A program made the position numbers and the translations under genes. 24,000 nt of DNA from an uncultured Streptobacillus sp. (GTDB lineage: Bacteria; Fusobacteriota; Fusobacteriia; Fusobacteriales; Leptotrichiaceae). Every line of letters begins with the position of its first letter. Positions within the stretch are counted from its first letter, which is position 1. Location of the stretch: the NCBI GenBank assembly GCA_963539215.1, contig CAUTJT010000002.1, positions 175,087 through 199,086 on the forward strand, written 5' to 3'. Under the pieces are notes generated by a model. That model saw only the letters and a program-made list of their open reading frames with translations. It was not told the origin of the DNA and did not search any database. This document shows, one piece after another, positions 19,837-24,000 of this stretch.

Positions 19837-20937
19837 CTATAAACTAATATTTTCTTCAGTATTAATATCAAATATATGACATTTGCTCGTATCAAAGTGG
19901 AATCTTTCATTCCCCTTCTTGCTTCCATCACTTATTCCTTCAACATTTATTCTTGAAATAAATTGATTTCCACCTAACATAAAGTATATATATTCCTCAT
20001 TACCCATTTGCTCAACTACAGATACATCTCCTAACAATGCATCTCCATCTTCTTTTTCTGCTACAGTAATATTTTCTGGTCTTATACCAAATACTACTCT
20101 TTGTCCTATATGATCTTTAACTTTTTCCGCTTTTTCTTTTGCTATTTTTATCTTAACCCCATTTATATCTACATAAACCTCTCCTGCTTCTTCTAAAAGA
20201 TTTCCTTCTAATAAATTCATAGTAGGTGATCCTATAAATCCTGCAACAAATTTATTAGCTGGTTTATGATATAGATTTAAAGGAGTGTCAACTTGCATTA
20301 TTCTTCCAAGTTTTAAAACTGTTATTCTATCTCCCATAGTCATAGCTTCTACTTGATCGTGTGTTACATATATCATTGTATTTTTTAATTCTTTATGTAA
20401 TTGTGTTATTCTTACACGCATTGACACTCTTAATTTCGCATCTAAATTTGATAATGGCTCATCAAATAAAAATACCTTCGGTTCTCTTACTATAGCACGT
20501 CCTAATGCTACCCTTTGTCTTTGTCCTCCTGACATTTCTTTTGGTTTTCTATCTAAAAGTTCTGTTATTTCTAACTTTTCTGCTGCTTCTCTTACTCTCT
20601 TATCGATTTCATCTTTTGGAGTTTTCTTTAACTTTAATCCAAAAGCCATATTTTCATATACTGTCATATGTGGGTATAATGCATAACTTTGGAAAACCAT
20701 AGCTATTCCTCTATCTTTAGGAGGTATATCATTTACTAATGTATCTCCTATATATATTTCTCCTCCTGTTATATCTTCAAGCCCTGCTATCATTCTTAAT
20801 GTTGTAGATTTTGCACATCCTGATGGTCCTACAAATACCATAAATTCCCCATCTTTAATTTCTAAATCTATTCCATGTACTGCCTTGAATCCATTCGGAT
20901 ATTGTTTCTCTACACCCTTTAATACAACTTTTGCCAT
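19837..20937 (-). CDS. CUT1 ABC transporter ATP-binding protein (MsmK/UgpC/MalK-like)
   Basis: 366 aa: [21 protein letters not shown] (Walker A), [13 protein letters not shown] (Q-loop), [16 protein letters not shown] (signature), [16 protein letters not shown] (Walker B/D-loop), [12 protein letters not shown]-terminal MalK-type OB domain (GIRPENI). Confidence 0.94.
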   Translation of the reverse strand: MAKVVLKGVEKQYPNGFKAVHGIDLEIKDGEFMVFVGPSGCAKSTTLRMIAGLEDITGGEIYIGDTLVNDIPPKDRGIAMVFQSYALYPHMTVYENMAFGLKLKKTPKDEIDKRVREAAEKLEITELLDRKPKEMSGGQRQRVALGRAIVREPKVFLFDEPLSNLDAKLRVSMRVRITQLHKELKNTMIYVTHDQVEAMTMGDRITVLKLGRIMQVDTPLNLYHKPANKFVAGFIGSPTMNLLEGNLLEEAGEVYVDINGVKIKIAKEKAEKVKDHIGQRVVFGIRPENITVAEKEDGDALLGDVSVVEQMGNEEYIYFMLGGNQFISRINVEGISDGSKKGNERFHFDTSKCHIFDINTEENISL

Positions 20938-21126
20938 ATTTTTATCTCCTCCATGTATAAATCTCTCTTCATCTTATAATACAGTATAGCTTCATTTTTC
21001 ATAAAGTCTATTATTTTATATTTTTTACTAAAATTTATAAACATTGAAATATAAAATACCACCTCATACTGAAAATTAAAATTTTTTCACATTTTAAACT
21101 TTACATTCCAATTTAAACTATATTAT

Positions 21127-21156
21127 TTGATATTAGAAGTCAATTTATGGTATAAT
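21127..21156 (+). promoter_or_regulatory. Predicted sigma-70 promoter for alaS
   Basis: TTGATA - 18 nt - TATAAT (-10 at 21151-21156). Confidence 0.55.
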
Positions 21157-21198
21157 CATACATATTAAAAAACAAAAAATATATATAAGGTGGTAAAA

Positions 21199-23796
21199 AT
21201 GACTGGAAATGAACTTAGAAAAAGTTTCGTTGATTTTTTTAAAACTAAAAAGCATAAACATTTTGAAAGTGCATCATTAATACCTGATGATAAAACACTT
21301 TTATTAACAGTAGCTGGTATGGTACCATTTAAACCTTTTTTCCTAGGAGAAAAAAAAGCACCATATAACAGAATAACTACATATCAAAAATGTATAAGAA
21401 CTAATGACTTAGAAAATGTTGGAGTAACTCCACGTCACCATACTTTCTTTGAAATGTTAGGAAATTTCTCTTTTGGTGACTATTTCAAAAAGGAAGCAAT
21501 AGCTTGGTCTTGGGAATATATTACTACAATATTAAAATTAGACCCTAAAAGACTTTATGTTTCTGTTTATTTAACGGATGATGAAGCATATAACATATGG
21601 GTTAATGAAATAGGAATACCTGAAGATCATATGGTTAGATTAGGCGATGATGATAACTGGTGGGCTGCTGGTCCAATTGGTTCTTGTGGTCCTTGTAGCG
21701 AAATATATTATGATACATTAAATATGGGTCCTAATAACGAAGAAATTAATTCAAAACCAGGAGATGAAGGTAATAGATTTTTAGAAATATGGAATTTAGT
21801 ATTTACTGAATGGAATAGATTAGAAGATGGATCTCTTATCCCACTTCCTGAAAAAAATATTGATACAGGTGCAGGACTTGAAAGAATAGCTTCTGTTGTA
21901 CAAAATAAAGATAATAACTTTGAAACAGATTTATTCACACCTATAACTAAAAAAATAAATGAAATATTAGAAATTAAATCTGAGAAAACAAAAACTGCTG
22001 TTAAAATAATAGCCGATCATCTTAGAGCAGCTACATTCTTAATTTGTGATGGAGTTCTTCCGTCTAATGAAGGACGTGGATACATACTTAAAAAACTAAT
22101 AAGACGTGCATACGGTGCAGGTGCTTTAGAAAATCAAAAAATATTTAATAATTCTGAAACTTATTTATACAAAATAGTTGATACAATAATAGATAATATG
22201 AAAGAAGCTTATCCTGAACTTGAAGAAAAAAGAGAATATATAAAAAATATAGTTAAAAATGAAGAAGATAAATTCTCTAAAACTTTAAAAATTGGAACTG
22301 ATATACTATTTGAGGCTATTGAAAATGGAAAGGATAAAAAGATTTCATCTGATTTATCATTTAAACTTTATGATACTTATGGATTCCCTTTTGAATTCAC
22401 AAAACTTATAGCAGAAAGTAAAGGATTTAGTGTTGATGAGGAGGAATTTAATAAAAAATTAGATGAACAAGTTAAAAGATCTCAAAACTCAAGAAATACT
22501 GTTTCTGATATGATAAAAGATGAATTTATTGGTAAATTCTATGAAGAACATGGAAAAACTCATTTTATTGGTTATGATACTTTAAAATCTTATTCTAAAT
22601 TATTACATATAAAGGAAAATGAAGATAATTTATTTGAAGCTATATTTGAAGAAACACCTTTCTATGCAGAAAGTGGAGGACAAGTTTCTGATAAAGGTAT
22701 AATAAAAAATAAAAATGGTTTTGTTGGAGAAATAGTTAATATAGTTAAAAAATCTGATATATTCATACACTATTTCAAATTAATTGAGGGTAATATTCCT
22801 ACAGTTAATAGTGAAGTAAAATTAATAGTTGATGAACAACATAGACTAGAAGTTATGAAAAATCATACTGCAACTCACCTACTTCATAAAGCTTTAAGAG
22901 AAGTTCTAGGCAAGACTGTAGAACAAGCTGGATCTTTAGTAAATGCTGAAGGTTTACGTTTTGATTTTTCATACTATAATCAAATAACAGAAGATGAATT
23001 AAAGAAAATAGAAAGCATGGTAAATGATGCAATACTTAAAAATCTACCTGTGTTTATAAATTATGAAAATATAAATGAAGCTAAAGAACGTGGTGCTATG
23101 GCATTATTTAGCGATAAATATGGTGATATAGTAAGAGTCGTTGATATTTCTGATTATTCAGTAGAATTATGTGGAGGTACACATGTTAGATCTACTGGTG
23201 AAATCGGATTATTTAAAATTTTATCTGAACAAGGAAAAGCAAGTGGAGTAAGAAGAATAGAAGCTATTACAGGACACAAGAGTCTAGAATATGTTAATAA
23301 CCTAGAAAACTTGATTAATAATATATCTTCTAGCTTCAAAACTAGTCCTTCTAATGTTGAAACTGCAGTTTCTAAAGCACGTGAAGAACTTAAAGAAAAA
23401 GATAATTTAATAAAAGAATTACAATCAAAAATAGCTAAACTTGAGGTTTCAGAATTAGTTAATGAAGCATATACTGTTAACGGAGTAAAAGTATTAATTA
23501 AGAAATTTAAAAATAAATCAATAGATGAACTTAAAGAACTAATAGATATGGCTAAAGTAAATCTAGAATCAGCAGTTATATTATTTGCTTCAAGTAATGA
23601 TAATGCAATATTTGTTTCAGGTGTTACAAAAGACTTGACTAATAAATTTAATGCAGGAAACATAGTAAAACTTGCTTCTAGTTTAACAGATGGTAAAGGT
23701 GGAGGAAGACCTGACTTTGCACAAGCTGGAGGAAAAGATGTATCAAAAATTGACATAGCAATTAATGAAGTTAAAAAATATATTGAGGAGCAATAA
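21199..23796 (+). CDS. alaS: Alanine--tRNA ligase
   Basis: MTGNELRKSFVDFFKTKKHKHFESASLIP, catalytic core (TVAGMVPFKPFFLG, TPRHHTFFEMLGNFSFGDYFKKEAI), editing domain HTATHLLHKALRE, VELCGGTHVRSTGEIG, C-terminal GGGRPDFAQAGG. AAGGTGG precedes ATG at 21199; the ORF track starts at GTG 21190. Confidence 0.97.
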   Translation: MTGNELRKSFVDFFKTKKHKHFESASLIPDDKTLLLTVAGMVPFKPFFLGEKKAPYNRITTYQKCIRTNDLENVGVTPRHHTFFEMLGNFSFGDYFKKEAIAWSWEYITTILKLDPKRLYVSVYLTDDEAYNIWVNEIGIPEDHMVRLGDDDNWWAAGPIGSCGPCSEIYYDTLNMGPNNEEINSKPGDEGNRFLEIWNLVFTEWNRLEDGSLIPLPEKNIDTGAGLERIASVVQNKDNNFETDLFTPITKKINEILEIKSEKTKTAVKIIADHLRAATFLICDGVLPSNEGRGYILKKLIRRAYGAGALENQKIFNNSETYLYKIVDTIIDNMKEAYPELEEKREYIKNIVKNEEDKFSKTLKIGTDILFEAIENGKDKKISSDLSFKLYDTYGFPFEFTKLIAESKGFSVDEEEFNKKLDEQVKRSQNSRNTVSDMIKDEFIGKFYEEHGKTHFIGYDTLKSYSKLLHIKENEDNLFEAIFEETPFYAESGGQVSDKGIIKNKNGFVGEIVNIVKKSDIFIHYFKLIEGNIPTVNSEVKLIVDEQHRLEVMKNHTATHLLHKALREVLGKTVEQAGSLVNAEGLRFDFSYYNQITEDELKKIESMVNDAILKNLPVFINYENINEAKERGAMALFSDKYGDIVRVVDISDYSVELCGGTHVRSTGEIGLFKILSEQGKASGVRRIEAITGHKSLEYVNNLENLINNISSSFKTSPSNVETAVSKAREELKEKDNLIKELQSKIAKLEVSELVNEAYTVNGVKVLIKKFKNKSIDELKELIDMAKVNLESAVILFASSNDNAIFVSGVTKDLTNKFNAGNIVKLASSLTDGKGGGRPDFAQAGGKDVSKIDIAINEVKKYIEEQ

Positions 23797-23799
23797 TAA

Positions 23800-24000
23800 A
23801 TGAATATTTATTTAGGACTTGATATAGGTGATGTTAGAATAGGTGTCGCAAAATCTGATTCAATTGGTATGTTTGCATCAGCATACGAGGTTATAAACAG
23901 AAACCAAACTGACCCATTTGTAAGAATAAAAAAAATTATAAATGAAGAAAAAATAGCTGCTTTAGTTGTGGGACAACCTAAAACTAAAGATGGTCAAAAT
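23800..24000 (+). CDS. ruvX: RuvX/YqgF-family Holliday junction resolvase-like protein (partial, truncated by window end)
   Basis: Translation MNIYLGLDIGDVRIGVAKSDSIGMFASAYEVINRNQTDPFVRIKKIINEEKIAALVVGQPKTKDGQN matches the RuvX N-terminus (LGLDIGxxRIGVAxSD, VVGxP). Starts 3 nt after the alaS stop; not in the supplied ORF track. Confidence 0.88.
   Translation, partial: MNIYLGLDIGDVRIGVAKSDSIGMFASAYEVINRNQTDPFVRIKKIINEEKIAALVVGQPKTKDGQN

Noticed and set aside
21061-21198. T-box or other leader riboswitch upstream of alaS
   Set aside because: The predicted alaS promoter leaves only about 40 nt of leader, too short for a T-box, and no T-box consensus (TGGNACCGCG-like) was visible.
23154-23756. 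200 aa minus-strand ORF opposite alaS
   Set aside because: Fully antisense to a strongly supported conserved alaS reading frame; Ser/Leu-rich low-complexity translation typical of a shadow ORF, no ribosome binding site evidence.

Overview
AT-rich (roughly 25% GC by eye) bacterial chromosomal window. Gene content, the low-GC coding style and an outer-membrane protein ending in an aromatic residue suggest a Fusobacteriota/Leptotrichiaceae-like host (Sneathia/Streptobacillus type); this assignment is inference only. Left to right: (1) a minus-strand alpha-glucan module with type I pullulanase, 4-alpha-glucanotransferase and a LacI-family regulator with a well-formed promoter and operator. (2) A large outer-membrane protein gene. 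(3) An in-frame chimeric ORF: an apparent ribbon-helix-helix + WYL-like regulator N-terminus fused to about 99 aa homologous to the C-terminus of the neighbouring outer-membrane protein. (4) A minus-strand sugar operon of about 10 kb: GH2 beta-galactosidase, YhcH/EbgC-like protein, CUT1 ABC solute-binding protein and two permeases, GH65 phosphorylase, EamA transporter and beta-phosphoglucomutase. It is divergent from a second LacI-type regulator, with a perfect 20-bp palindrome between them. (5) A stand-alone MsmK/UgpC/MalK-type ATPase with an A-for-G change in Walker A. (6) alaS and the start of ruvX/yqgF on the plus strand. No rRNA, tRNA, CRISPR array, prophage or intact IS element was recognised. 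The best candidates for follow-up are the regulator/OMP chimera and the GH2+GH65+beta-PGM+EamA operon. The operon's enzyme set would fit a mixed alpha-glucosyl/beta-galactoside substrate such as the Glc-alpha-1,2-Gal-beta-hydroxylysine unit of collagen.
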